This document shows, in pieces, positions 10,010 through 19,418 of a stretch of 64,000 nt of DNA. Numbering within the stretch: the first letter of the stretch is position 1; each line of letters opens with the position of its first letter. Source of the DNA: Thermoplasmatales archaeon (GTDB lineage: Archaea > Thermoplasmatota > Thermoplasmata > Thermoplasmatales > GCA-001856825); NCBI GenBank assembly GCA_027343225.1, contig DAHWMK010000022.1, positions 6,849 to 70,848 on the forward strand, written 5' to 3'. The position numbers and the translations under genes are program-made. The notes beneath the pieces are model-generated. The model did no database searches, had not been told where the DNA came from, and saw nothing but the letters and a program-made list of their open reading frames with translations.

Positions 10010-10522
10010 ATGCTGTATGTCAATATTGCAATCATGAAGAGAACTTCCGATTTTCCGAAATTTGAGTGTGCGATATCGAACACAATGGAAGATTATGATT
10101 CCGAAGTTGAAACATTCTTTACGCACCTTGGTGCTCTGCAGTCAGATATAGGGTTGTTGCTGCAAAAGGATGGCCAGTGGAATGTCAACTACAAAAAGAT
10201 GCTGGGTTATCTTCAGGACCTTGAGACCTCAGTTATTCTCAAGAAAGGAGTCCCAGACTCTGAATTCCTGATTGGGCTCATTCCCAAAGAAAACGTTCAG
10301 GACGAGATATCGGACGTCCTGCTGAGGGCCGTAAATGAAATTCCTGCAATTTTGATCAGGGCTCAAACAAGGACGAGGGATGTAGCGACCCTCTATGTTA
10401 GAATGTCTAGGGTACCAAGGTTTGCGGAGGGATTCACGGTGGAGAGGTTCGAAGGTCTTCCAAATCTTAGAAAGGCTCTTTGGAATAGGGCAGTAGAAAT
10501 TTCTAAGAAGACAGTCGGTTAG
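10010..10522 (+). CDS. Hypothetical protein
   Basis: 170-aa ORF with coding-like composition and no recognisable motifs. The start is uncertain; an internal M at codon 9 is possible. Confidence 0.5.
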   Translation: MLYVNIAIMKRTSDFPKFECAISNTMEDYDSEVETFFTHLGALQSDIGLLLQKDGQWNVNYKKMLGYLQDLETSVILKKGVPDSEFLIGLIPKENVQDEISDVLLRAVNEIPAILIRAQTRTRDVATLYVRMSRVPRFAEGFTVERFEGLPNLRKALWNRAVEISKKTVG

Positions 10523-10525
10523 ACG

Positions 10526-11407
10526 CTAGGATGGAGTGTCGACATTATCTTTCTGGTTTTTCCTATTCTCTCTGTTTATAGCCAGTATCATCGAAACCAG
10601 AATGATTCCACCACCTAGCAACATCAACGATGTCACCTGAAAGTGGAAGAATATGGTAGAAACTGCCACTGCAGATACAGGCTCGATGATCAAAATCAAT
10701 GCTGATAGATAGGCACTTATGTTCCTGATTGCAACGCTCATAATCCAGATCGCTAGTGTGGTACCAAGAATAGCATTGAACAGTACCGAGAAGAGGACGT
10801 AGCTGTTTGTCATCATTCCCACCTTGAGAACGGAGAGAGGGCTAACAACAAGGCTCAGTACTGCTACAACAACCAGCTGGAAGAAGGTAAACACCATCGG
10901 ATTTCCGTTGGATAGGTACTTTTCAGTCAGAACCATCTGTAAAGCGTAACAGATCGCCGTCCCAAGAGTAAGGACGTTTCCCAGCAGCTGTCCCGAGGTG
11001 GACGAAACAGACATTAGAGCCATTCCAACAAATGCAGCTATCGTTAGATAGATCTTGACCATATCCACGCCATTCTTCAGTATAAAGATCGAGAGTATGG
11101 GAGTCAAAATGATGTAAATTCCTGTTATCAGCCCAGACATCGACGGAGAAGTGTAATCTAGGCCGTAAGTCTGGGTAACATAACCAATGAACAGCGGGAT
11201 TCCCACCAAGGAACCGTAGAGGGCATCTCTCTTGTTGACCTTCTTGAAGATAAACGGTAGCATTATAAGTGACGCAATGGCGAACCTGAACAGCAAGAAA
11301 GACATCGGGTCGATGTACCTGAGGGAGACTGCGATGATGGGAAACGTCGTACCCCAAACTACCGCTACAAAGACAAGACCACTGAAGGAGGCTCTCCTAT
11401 CCACCAT
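10526..11407 (-). CDS. EamA/DMT-superfamily transporter
   Basis: 293 aa with about 10 TM segments in two similar halves. The N-terminus (VFVAVVWGTTFPIIAVSL) is typical of EamA domains. Confidence 0.75.
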   Translation of the reverse strand: MVDRRASFSGLVFVAVVWGTTFPIIAVSLRYIDPMSFLLFRFAIASLIMLPFIFKKVNKRDALYGSLVGIPLFIGYVTQTYGLDYTSPSMSGLITGIYIILTPILSIFILKNGVDMVKIYLTIAAFVGMALMSVSSTSGQLLGNVLTLGTAICYALQMVLTEKYLSNGNPMVFTFFQLVVVAVLSLVVSPLSVLKVGMMTNSYVLFSVLFNAILGTTLAIWIMSVAIRNISAYLSALILIIEPVSAVAVSTIFFHFQVTSLMLLGGGIILVSMILAINRENRKNQKDNVDTPS

Positions 11408-11450
11408 AGTAAAGACCTCAAGGTAAGATATGTTTTGTTTCTCTCGTCAG

Positions 11451-12095
11451 CTACTTTAGCTCCCCGTTTCTCCTGTCTATAAATTTTTTGACGTACTCCG
11501 GGGTACGTGGGTCGGATGCAAATTCTGGAGTCGAAAATTTCAATGAAGATGGAATGACGCCTGACCAGATTTCTGGGTTCTTTCTAGTCTCAATCGGTCC
11601 TCCCTTCCTCACCTTGACCGAGAATTTCTCTATCTTGATTTTGAAAGCTGAAACGCCCAGGAGTTCCTCATCGTTCGGGAGTATCGTATTTTCCTTCCTA
11701 CCGGGAACCATGCGATCAATCCACTCAGTGAAATACAAGAGTTTTTCCTCTTTAGTCAGCAATTCAACGGCTTTTCCAAATATTATTGCTGATCTGTAGT
11801 TCATTGAATTGCTAGCAAGTCCCTTGGCAAGAACAATGCCGTTCAGCTCAAGAATGGAAATTACAACTGGCATCCCAGAACGGAGAGTATCCACAATACG
11901 TGCAACTGGGCTGCCATGGACGTAAATGTATTCGGAATCGTTGTAATAGGTCATTGGGATTACGAACGGTTGTCCGTTGACCTGAAAAGCAACGGTACAG
12001 ACGAAACCGTTCGCAAGAATATCCATAAGCAAATCTCTGTCGTAACTCGCCCTTTCAGGATGTCTTCTTACCTTGGCTATATCATCAGAATTCAA
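11451..12095 (-). CDS. Pyridoxamine 5'-phosphate oxidase-like FMN-binding family protein (paralog 1)
   Basis: HPERASYDRDLLMDILANGFVCTVAFQVNGQPFVIPMTYY... matches the split-barrel flavin-binding (Pyridox_ox_2-type) family. About two-thirds identical by eye to 27256..27894. Confidence 0.7.
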   Translation of the reverse strand: MNSDDIAKVRRHPERASYDRDLLMDILANGFVCTVAFQVNGQPFVIPMTYYNDSEYIYVHGSPVARIVDTLRSGMPVVISILELNGIVLAKGLASNSMNYRSAIIFGKAVELLTKEEKLLYFTEWIDRMVPGRKENTILPNDEELLGVSAFKIKIEKFSVKVRKGGPIETRKNPEIWSGVIPSSLKFSTPEFASDPRTPEYVKKFIDRRNGELK

Positions 12096-12377
12096 GGTTC
12101 TTCTTCACCTCTTTTCTGAAGGAAGCAAATATTTGTAATTCTATAAACTGAAAAAGGAACTAAATATTGCATGCAACTAAAATTGATTAGAGAATAAATA
12201 GGTTACCAGTTCTAAAATTAATTCTATTATAAATATAGAACAGACTAATTTATAGTCCATATGAACTAAAGGCGCAGTTCTAACAGGCATAACAAAATTC
12301 AGAAGTCTGTTGAATTGGGATGCTGGACGATCAAGGAAAATGAGTAGTTATTTATCTCCGATATTGTTGCAGAGTAA

Positions 12378-13193
12378 ATGCAGTTCAAGACCTTGATAAT
12401 ACTATTGATTGCACTGGTTATAATAGTTCCAGTGGCTTCATATGGAGCGTACAGTTACATGCAACCGAAACTCACAATTATAAAACAGGGAGACAACGTT
12501 ACGCTCTGGTATTACGGGTATATAACTATTGACGGAAATCCGCTTGTCTTTGACACGAACATGGCCAGCATAGCAAACAACAACGTGTCTTATCCAAAAG
12601 CGCCAGACTTTACCTACCATCCACCATTCACCGTTCTCAATGACACCGTGGGATCAGGGTCTATGATTAAGGGATTTGACAATGGTCTAATAGGAATGGC
12701 GAAGGGGGAATCTGGATTCATCACGGTACTGCCATCCCAAGGTTACGGGTTAGAGAATACTAGCAAGATAACCAAACATGCAATAAACGGAACCGTACCG
12801 ACATATCAGTTATTTAACAACACAACATTCAAGGCCGAATTCGGGGTATATCCTGTACAGGGGCAAACTCTCAAGAGCCCCACATATGGCTGGAACGTCT
12901 ACGTCCTGAGTTACAATGGATGGTATGCCGAGATAGAGAATGAGCCAGTTGTCCAAGGACAATATTTCCCCTATTCATCAGTAAAAGGATTCAGCATCGT
13001 AGCGAATGACATTACAGGCGTCGGAAACAGCAGCACTATTAGCTTCACCACCATAGTTGTTAATGGCACGATACTATCAAATAGCTCTTACGTTAGCGGC
13101 GTTTCTGATGGCTACTATTACCTGAATGGAAATTCCTATCTTGCCGGAAAGGTCCTTTACTTCTACGTTGAAATCGTTACAGTAAAGCCCTGA
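12378..13193 (+). CDS. Membrane-anchored / secreted FKBP-type peptidyl-prolyl isomerase-like protein, sequon-rich
   Basis: It has an N-terminal signal-anchor (LIILLIALVIIVPVASYGAY). FKBP signatures are present: GDNVTLWYYGY...G.PLVFDTN, GSGSMIKGFDNGLIGMAKGESGFITVLPSQGYG and a C-terminal LYFYVEIVTV. There are many N-x-S/T sites. Confidence 0.55.
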   Translation: MQFKTLIILLIALVIIVPVASYGAYSYMQPKLTIIKQGDNVTLWYYGYITIDGNPLVFDTNMASIANNNVSYPKAPDFTYHPPFTVLNDTVGSGSMIKGFDNGLIGMAKGESGFITVLPSQGYGLENTSKITKHAINGTVPTYQLFNNTTFKAEFGVYPVQGQTLKSPTYGWNVYVLSYNGWYAEIENEPVVQGQYFPYSSVKGFSIVANDITGVGNSSTISFTTIVVNGTILSNSSYVSGVSDGYYYLNGNSYLAGKVLYFYVEIVTVKP

Positions 13194-13269
13194 AGCCCCT
13201 AGCTTTTGGGTTAGCCTCTGGCTGAGTCAGGAAGATCCAGTCGTATTAGTTGACTGCCTTTGATCAGTT

Positions 13270-13683
13270 CTATGGAACGACGGTGAATTTGTAACCGTAC
13301 TGAATTATTCCCTCTTTCCCTTCTGACCTGACCTTCCTCAGAGTGGCAGTGACTTTCGTTCCTATCTTGACCTCTTCAGGCGAGCAATCTACGATTTGTC
13401 CTGTCACAAAAGGTCCTTCCTTCATCTTTATCAGGGCCATTACGTAGGGTATCTGCATCTTGAACTGTTCCAGACCGTCATGAACCACGGTGAATGAAAA
13501 TACCTCCCCAGCTCCAGACATTTCTTCTTCCTGCATCTTTCCGACAGATTCCCTTCTGCAGGAAGGACAGATTACCCTAGGTGGGAAGTAGAGGGTGTTG
13601 CAGTTCAGGCATCTCGTCCCTACCAATCTGTACCTGTGCCTTGACTCTCTCCAGAATCTAGGTACCTCACTCATTTCAATCAA
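13270..13683 (-). CDS. DUF35 OB-fold / zinc-ribbon protein (scaffold of the archaeal thiolase-HMGCS complex)
   Basis: 137 aa. Zn ribbon CLNCNTLYFPPRVICPSCRR followed by an OB-fold-like C-terminus. It overlaps the thiolase gene by 8 nt. Confidence 0.85.
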   Translation of the reverse strand: MIEMSEVPRFWRESRHRYRLVGTRCLNCNTLYFPPRVICPSCRRESVGKMQEEEMSGAGEVFSFTVVHDGLEQFKMQIPYVMALIKMKEGPFVTGQIVDCSPEEVKIGTKVTATLRKVRSEGKEGIIQYGYKFTVVP

Positions 13684-14833
13684 CTCCTATGATGGTGGAA
13701 ACTGAAGTCGTTCCAAGACCTCCCATATTGTGGATGAGATAATTCCTCGGATCTTTCAACTGCCTCTGACCAGCCTTTCCTCGAAGTTGTAATGTTGCCT
13801 CAACAGCCTGATAAAGCCCACTGGTTCCTAATGGATTCCCATGAGCTTTCAGACCGCCTGACACATTCACAGGTTTCGAGGAGTTGTAATAGAAATCATT
13901 TCCCTCAGTCATCTTCACTGCCTCCTTTCCCAGAATCTCCTCCATCTGAATGAGAGCAGCTATACTGTAGGAGTCGTGGATTTCAAACGCGTCTATCTTT
14001 CCGATATCGAGTCCTGCCAGTTCCAGGGCAGATTTTGTGCTATGCTTTACCGCCCCGAAAGAATCAATCTTCTTTCTGTCGTGAACTGAAAGAAAATCGT
14101 TTGCGGCAGAACTGGATTTGATTCTTATTGGATGGGGTGCAGCCTTTATCTTCTTGTGATCAGCTGAAATGACCAGAGCGGACGCTCCATCACTAATAGG
14201 TGCATTGTCGAAAACTGTCAGTGGCTCGGCCACTGGAGATGCATTAATTACGTCCTCCAATTTTATTGCGTTCCTGAAATGTGAGGTGTCATTCATCGAA
14301 CCGTGTTTGTGGGAAATCACCGGGAATGCTGCATAATTTTCCCTTTTTGCGAAACCGTCGTATTCGTGTCTTCTTGCAATCATAGCTGCGATTGAGCATT
14401 CTGTAGCGCCGAAGAACGTCTCCCACTCCGCGTCTAGAGATCCTCCAATTATTTCCGTTGCGACTTCGGACGGAACATCCGTCATCTTTTCCACCCCTCC
14501 GACGACTACTGTGTCATACTGACCGGATCTCACGGCAAGAAATGCCTGCATTAGTGCAGCTCCCCCGCTAGCAGAACCTGCCTCTATCCTGATTGATGGG
14601 ATATTCAACTCGGTTATCCCAGAATAATCAGCTATCAGGGCAGCAATCTGCTCCTGATCGACAAACTGTCCTCCGCTGGTGTTGGCCCCATATAGAGCAT
14701 TCACATCTTCAGCGTAGATACCTGCGTCCATTATTGCCTTAAGACCTGCCTCCGAAGCAAGTTCACGCAAACTGGAATCCCAGAGTTCTCCAAATCTAGT
14801 CGTTCCTATCCCAATGATGAAAACGTCTCTCAT
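13676..14833 (-). CDS. Acetyl-CoA acetyltransferase (archaeal thiolase)
   Basis: 385 aa with a thiolase-like fold pattern (GSASGGAAL around the catalytic Cys-equivalent region, C-terminal NMGGLGTT) and conserved trio context. Confidence 0.85.
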   Translation of the reverse strand: MRDVFIIGIGTTRFGELWDSSLRELASEAGLKAIMDAGIYAEDVNALYGANTSGGQFVDQEQIAALIADYSGITELNIPSIRIEAGSASGGAALMQAFLAVRSGQYDTVVVGGVEKMTDVPSEVATEIIGGSLDAEWETFFGATECSIAAMIARRHEYDGFAKRENYAAFPVISHKHGSMNDTSHFRNAIKLEDVINASPVAEPLTVFDNAPISDGASALVISADHKKIKAAPHPIRIKSSSAANDFLSVHDRKKIDSFGAVKHSTKSALELAGLDIGKIDAFEIHDSYSIAALIQMEEILGKEAVKMTEGNDFYYNSSKPVNVSGGLKAHGNPLGTSGLYQAVEATLQLRGKAGQRQLKDPRNYLIHNMGGLGTTSVSTIIGVD

Positions 14834-14837
14834 TAGC

Positions 14838-15896
14838 TCACGCCCCCCTCATAATTATCTTGCCCCTGTACTTCACGTAGGTTGCATAGTCTATCCAGAT
14901 CGGACGGTTCACTTGCTCTATTACTCCAGGCGCATTCTGTCTCTTTATGGATTTCACTCTATCGTTCACTGTTAAATCGAATACGTCAGAACCCGCTCCG
15001 CTGCCGAACGCGACACCTAGAATCCTGTCTCCACTTTCGGCCTTATCCAGAATTGCTGACAGGCCTATAATCATTGAACTGGAGTAAGTATTGCCAATGT
15101 ACGGGGTAAGAAGACCATCCTTTACCTGTTCGTCCTTGAAACCCAACATTTTAGCAGCTCTTGTGGGAAATTTGCCGTTTGGTTGATGGAAAACTGCATA
15201 ATCGTAGTCTTCAGGTTTCGTCGATTGCCTTTCCATCATCTTCTTGGCGCCGGTAAGTACGTGCTTAAAGTAAGCCGGCTCACCTGTAAATCTTCCTCCG
15301 TGGCTTGGATATTTTTCCCCCTCTCTCCTCCAGAAGTCGGGAGTATCAGTGGTGAACGAGAGAGTAGCATTGAAGTCTGCGAAACCTTTCTTGCCGATTA
15401 CGAAAGCGGTCCCTCCAGCAGATGCAGAATATTCAAGGGCATCTCCAGGAGCACCTTGAGATGTGTCCGCGCCTATGGCAATGCCGTTCTCAATCTGTCC
15501 GCTGTCTACCATTGCCATTACGTTCTGCATAGCAGCAGTTCCCGCCTTGCAAGCGAACTCGTAATCAGCAGAATGAATGTCGTATGGAAGACCAAGTGCT
15601 TCAACCAGAATTGACGATGTTGGTTTGACCGCATAGGGATGGCTTTCTGAACCAACGTAAATCGCCCCTATTTTCTGCTTATTTAGATCAGATCTCCTCA
15701 GTGCATTTTTCGCTGCCTCCGCAGAAATTGTCAACACATCCTCGTCCGGCCCCGGAACCGACTTGCTATGAATGAAGAGACCGCTCTTTATATTCTCAGG
15801 GTCCTCACCCCATTCCTTGGCAATCTCCTCTGCCTTAATTCGGAACCTAGGGATGTATGATCCGTAGGATACAATCGAACTCATTACAATCAGCAC
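14838..15896 (-). CDS. Hydroxymethylglutaryl-CoA synthase (archaeal type)
   Basis: [13 protein letters not shown]..., [11 protein letters not shown] (catalytic Cys region), [17 protein letters not shown]. It lies 4 nt downstream-adjacent to the thiolase gene. The start could be the inner ATG at 15884. Confidence 0.88.
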   Translation of the reverse strand: MLIVMSSIVSYGSYIPRFRIKAEEIAKEWGEDPENIKSGLFIHSKSVPGPDEDVLTISAEAAKNALRRSDLNKQKIGAIYVGSESHPYAVKPTSSILVEALGLPYDIHSADYEFACKAGTAAMQNVMAMVDSGQIENGIAIGADTSQGAPGDALEYSASAGGTAFVIGKKGFADFNATLSFTTDTPDFWRREGEKYPSHGGRFTGEPAYFKHVLTGAKKMMERQSTKPEDYDYAVFHQPNGKFPTRAAKMLGFKDEQVKDGLLTPYIGNTYSSSMIIGLSAILDKAESGDRILGVAFGSGAGSDVFDLTVNDRVKSIKRQNAPGVIEQVNRPIWIDYATYVKYRGKIIMRGA

Positions 15897-15952
15897 TCAA
15901 TTTCATCAGATATTTAGCCTTTGCCGATATCATGATTCGACAATTGTCTATA

Positions 15953-16936
15953 TCAAATGAACAAGAATCCAAGCCTTGCAATGAAGTTAGGAAGTAACTT
16001 GGGATAAAACCCAGTAGACGTGACCAGCGTACCCGCTTCCCTTAAAGCGGTTTCTATCGAATTTATTTCTTGCTGGGTGAGATTCAGTGAGTTTGCAGAA
16101 ACAATGTCACTTACCTGTTTAGAGTTCCTGAAACCAGGTATCGGTAAAACACCAAGATGTTTCTCATAGGCCAGAACTACTGGTATTATACCCACTCCTC
16201 TTCCACTAGATATGCGTTGAAATTCTGACAACAAGCCATTGAATTTTTGTAGATAAGAGGGCGAAAATAGTTTGTTGATCTTCCTCACTCCTCCTGTGGG
16301 TCTGTTGGTTGAAGAATATTTTCCAGACAGAAAACCCTGTGCAAGCGGGCTCCAAGCAATAAGTTTGATATTGTTTTGCTTCATGAACTCTATGATGGAT
16401 GGACTGGGCCTCTCTACAACGTTGAACTTGATCTGATTGCTTTCTACCCTTTGTTCTTTCATCGAATCGTTAGCCTTTTGCAGGCTCTTGACTGAAAAAT
16501 TTGATACTCCTATGTGGCCAATCAAACCCTCTTTTACTGCTCTCTCCAATTCCTTGAACAGTTCTGGGATACTCGTGTAGATGCTGGGTTCCCAGTGTAC
16601 TTGGTATAAATCAATATAATCCAATTTCAATCTTTCCAGACTGTTTGACAGGCTCTTCTTTACCCTTCTGGCGTTTGCATTGAAACCAGCAAGTTTGGTT
16701 GCAATAAAGAACCTCTTCCTATCAAATATTCCGACCGCTTCCCCTACAAGTTTCTCTGACCTCCCCATTCCGTAGATCTCTGCAGTATCGATAAAGTTCA
16801 GCCCACTTTCTATTCCAAATCTTAGAGCTTCAATAAGCTCTTTTTCTTCGTAACCAGGTCCCCAGCCTTTCATTCCAAGCTGCCAGGTACCTAGTCCTAT
16901 CTTGCTCACTGAACTTCCATCGAATAGACTGGGCAT
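15953..16936 (-). CDS. Aldo/keto reductase family oxidoreductase
   Basis: GLGTWQLG...NFIDTAEIYG...YIDLYQVHW...IGVSNF motifs are typical of AKRs. Confidence 0.85.
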   Translation of the reverse strand: MPSLFDGSSVSKIGLGTWQLGMKGWGPGYEEKELIEALRFGIESGLNFIDTAEIYGMGRSEKLVGEAVGIFDRKRFFIATKLAGFNANARRVKKSLSNSLERLKLDYIDLYQVHWEPSIYTSIPELFKELERAVKEGLIGHIGVSNFSVKSLQKANDSMKEQRVESNQIKFNVVERPSPSIIEFMKQNNIKLIAWSPLAQGFLSGKYSSTNRPTGGVRKINKLFSPSYLQKFNGLLSEFQRISSGRGVGIIPVVLAYEKHLGVLPIPGFRNSKQVSDIVSANSLNLTQQEINSIETALREAGTLVTSTGFYPKLLPNFIARLGFLFI

Positions 16937-17424
16937 CGATCCGTATCTGAAATGTCTTTTAATCCTTTATGGCTCTCCAAAAGATAAGTCTCATTATAAA
17001 AGGGGGCCGGCATCGACAGTTAAACGATAGTCAGATCTACGAAGTCTAATTGAGAATTAAGAGTAATACGCTACAGAATTAAACGGGAACGGGATCGACT
17101 TCGGACCGTAGAACGTTTAAGGGGGGATGACTATCAAAGGCCCTGAGAGTAAGAATGTCAGTAGATCTTTTCTGAGTAAAGGATAAAGTAAGACCAATAC
17201 GTTGCCTTGAAAAGACAAGACAAATATTTTTCATAGTTCGCCCTCTGCATCCTTATGCCATCCAAAGGCTTTTACTTACAAGAGGTTCCTTTTGCAATTG
17301 TAACGGATTTTTCATCAGGTAATCCAGTGAATTCTATCATTAATTGACCGTGACAGCAAACGGTCTAACGGTAGAATTAATTGATCCATTCAAAATGTTA
17401 TATCTGTGATTCCAATTCGATTCT

Positions 17425-17832
17425 GTGCGGTTCTACTACGAGTACCCTCTGACCGAGGCACCGGAAGATGCTTTCCAGAAACTGATTGAAAGCATAGATG
17501 ATACGGAGATATGGAGGGGGCATCTAGAGATCAAGAAGATTGATCAAAACAATAGGGAATCTATACTTGCATTTAGGAACAAGAAACAAATCGAATGGAT
17601 AGGAAGAAGAAAAGAGGATCTATCAATGATGATTAAGTACGGAGACGGTCCTCTTAAAGGCTATCAGATATTTCAAGTTCTTCAAGACAAAATAATGATA
17701 AGGATGGACGTCAAGATGAGAGGGTTATGGTATCCGTTCACGCGATTCGCCGTAGCGCATATACTTGAAGGAGAAGTAAATGCGCTCTATAGATTGTTCC
17801 CGAGTGGCCATCCACAAGAAAAAATTAAATAA
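17425..17832 (+). CDS. Hypothetical protein (135 aa, GTG start)
   Basis: ORF with coding-like composition. The size and alternating pattern fit an SRPBCC-like small ligand-binding fold, but nothing is diagnostic. Confidence 0.45.
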   Translation: MRFYYEYPLTEAPEDAFQKLIESIDDTEIWRGHLEIKKIDQNNRESILAFRNKKQIEWIGRRKEDLSMMIKYGDGPLKGYQIFQVLQDKIMIRMDVKMRGLWYPFTRFAVAHILEGEVNALYRLFPSGHPQEKIK

Positions 17833-17853
17833 ACTCAGTCAATACGACGAGAA

Positions 17854-17926
17854 GCCCCGATAGTGTAGTGGCCTATCATCCGAGTCTGTCGAGCTCGGGA
17901 CACGGGTTCAAATCCCGTTCGGGGCG
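17854..17926 (+). tRNA. tRNA-Asp (anticodon GUC)
   Basis: Cloverleaf read by hand. Acceptor GCCCCGA/TCGGGGC. Anticodon stem CGAGU/GCUCG with loop CUGUCGA (U33, GUC). T arm ACGGG-TTCAAAT-CCCGT. Discriminator G. No encoded CCA. Confidence 0.9.
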
Positions 17927-18140
17927 TCCAATTAAATGATCTCCCTGCACAGTAATCTCAGCAATTTGATCTGCAAATAGTATGTTGGCTAGAGACTGAC
18001 TGGTGATTCAATAGAGAAATGTACACTACTGCGCCGAACTTGGTTGTTTGTTGAAAGTTTAACCGCCGATGCTGGACTGATCTAATGCTTGGGATAAAGT
18101 ACGCTTAATTTTTCACATATTCTTTCTAGAGTAACTTTTC

Positions 18141-19265
18141 TCAGCTAGGACTCAAGAGAGGTACATCTTTTTGGTTTCTTCGATCTGATCTCATTATCAG
18201 AAGAATGGTCCAAGAAATCAGAATAAGCGGAAGTCCAGTATTAGGATCGGTGCTACTGGTCATCCCAAAGATGCCCAGACCTTGGTAGATATACCAAGTA
18301 AAAAGGCCCCAAAAAAGAGTAAGGTAAGGAGCACTCCTAGGTAAGAGAAGCCACAAAACTCCGATTACTAGCATTAAAAAAACGTATACCCCATTCCACA
18401 AGGAAGCATGTTGGTTAAAAAACAGCGTTATGAATGTCAGATTGTTTAATATGGCAAAAGGCGAAGGAAAAAAAGAAATTGGAAGAGCGGTCCAAAATCC
18501 GTTAGATGGCAATGATTGAGAAATTGCGAAGCCAAAAAAGGTAAAGATCATGGCTATTCTAGTGACCATAACTACCCGAGTGGCTGAGGATTCTCTATCA
18601 TACTCCAATAGAAGCACAGAGGCAATCGCGTAAAATAGTGCAGAGCCAGGTGATCCTGTAAGCAATGTTGCATTCGTAGACAATATTCCGCCGAAGCCTT
18701 CTCCAAAGACCCAGATGATCAAGCTCCATAAGATGGCAGAGACTTGAACAAGCTTAAACTTGAACCCCCTACTGTATATCAGAAAGAAAGCACCTATATA
18801 CACTTGAAATAGTGATGCCAAGACGTCGAATATAGGAGGGTTCATATTCCAAACATCTAGGGCATGGCTGACAAGAAAGGTCACCAATGGCTCGGAACCT
18901 AAAAGCGGAATCAGATTATATTGGGCAAAGAGAGTAATGAATGGAAGTTGCATTTGGAGGAAACCGTCAAATATCCACAAAACTCCGAAGGATGTTCTCA
19001 GGAATTTTCTTGGAACTGTTTCTATATAACCGTTGTGATCACGTTTTCTAAGGCGATGTATTGCAGGAATCGCTATCGGAACTAGAGCAAGGAGAAATAT
19101 CTCCTCATAGAAAAAGTAACTACTCAGCCTTATGACCCTAATGGATGCATAACCAATAATCTCGTAATAAAATAGCAGTGAAACTGCAAGTACTCCGATC
19201 GCTATCAAGAGCAAAGGAATAACGCGTTTAGCGCCGTTATGCACAAGAGAACAGAAAATCATCAA
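18141..19265 (-). CDS. Polytopic integral membrane protein, function unknown
   Basis: 374 aa with at least 10 hydrophobic segments and no recognisable motif. The start is uncertain. Confidence 0.6.
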   Translation of the reverse strand: MMIFCSLVHNGAKRVIPLLLIAIGVLAVSLLFYYEIIGYASIRVIRLSSYFFYEEIFLLALVPIAIPAIHRLRKRDHNGYIETVPRKFLRTSFGVLWIFDGFLQMQLPFITLFAQYNLIPLLGSEPLVTFLVSHALDVWNMNPPIFDVLASLFQVYIGAFFLIYSRGFKFKLVQVSAILWSLIIWVFGEGFGGILSTNATLLTGSPGSALFYAIASVLLLEYDRESSATRVVMVTRIAMIFTFFGFAISQSLPSNGFWTALPISFFPSPFAILNNLTFITLFFNQHASLWNGVYVFLMLVIGVLWLLLPRSAPYLTLFWGLFTWYIYQGLGIFGMTSSTDPNTGLPLILISWTILLIMRSDRRNQKDVPLLSPS

Positions 19266-19418
19266 TAATAAATACGTTAGCTGACTGCGAAATTAGTTCG
19301 AAGCTTGCCATCAATAAGTGCATTCAGTAATTCTTGTGTTTACTTTAGTATCGACGTTATAGAATGTCATGAATAAAGAAACTGAAGTCATTATAAACTG
19401 GTCCATTCTATAGAATCA

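Noticed and set aside
10923-11357. 144-aa alternative-frame ORF inside the EamA transporter gene; similar same-strand or antisense ORFs lie inside other genes (e.g. 54892..55350, 27980..28564, 15183..15614, 2162..2797)
   Set aside because: Each lies wholly within a longer ORF that has a clear family assignment. Their translations are Arg/Ser/Gly/His-rich, as expected for off-frame reads.
16937-17424. A possible larger structured RNA (SRP RNA / RNase P RNA) in the 488-nt non-coding gap
   Set aside because: I could not find the conserved helix-8-type SRP motifs or RNase P conserved regions by eye, and the region is not GC-enriched relative to its flanks. Only the weak C/D-box-like arrangement is reported, as a low-interest finding.
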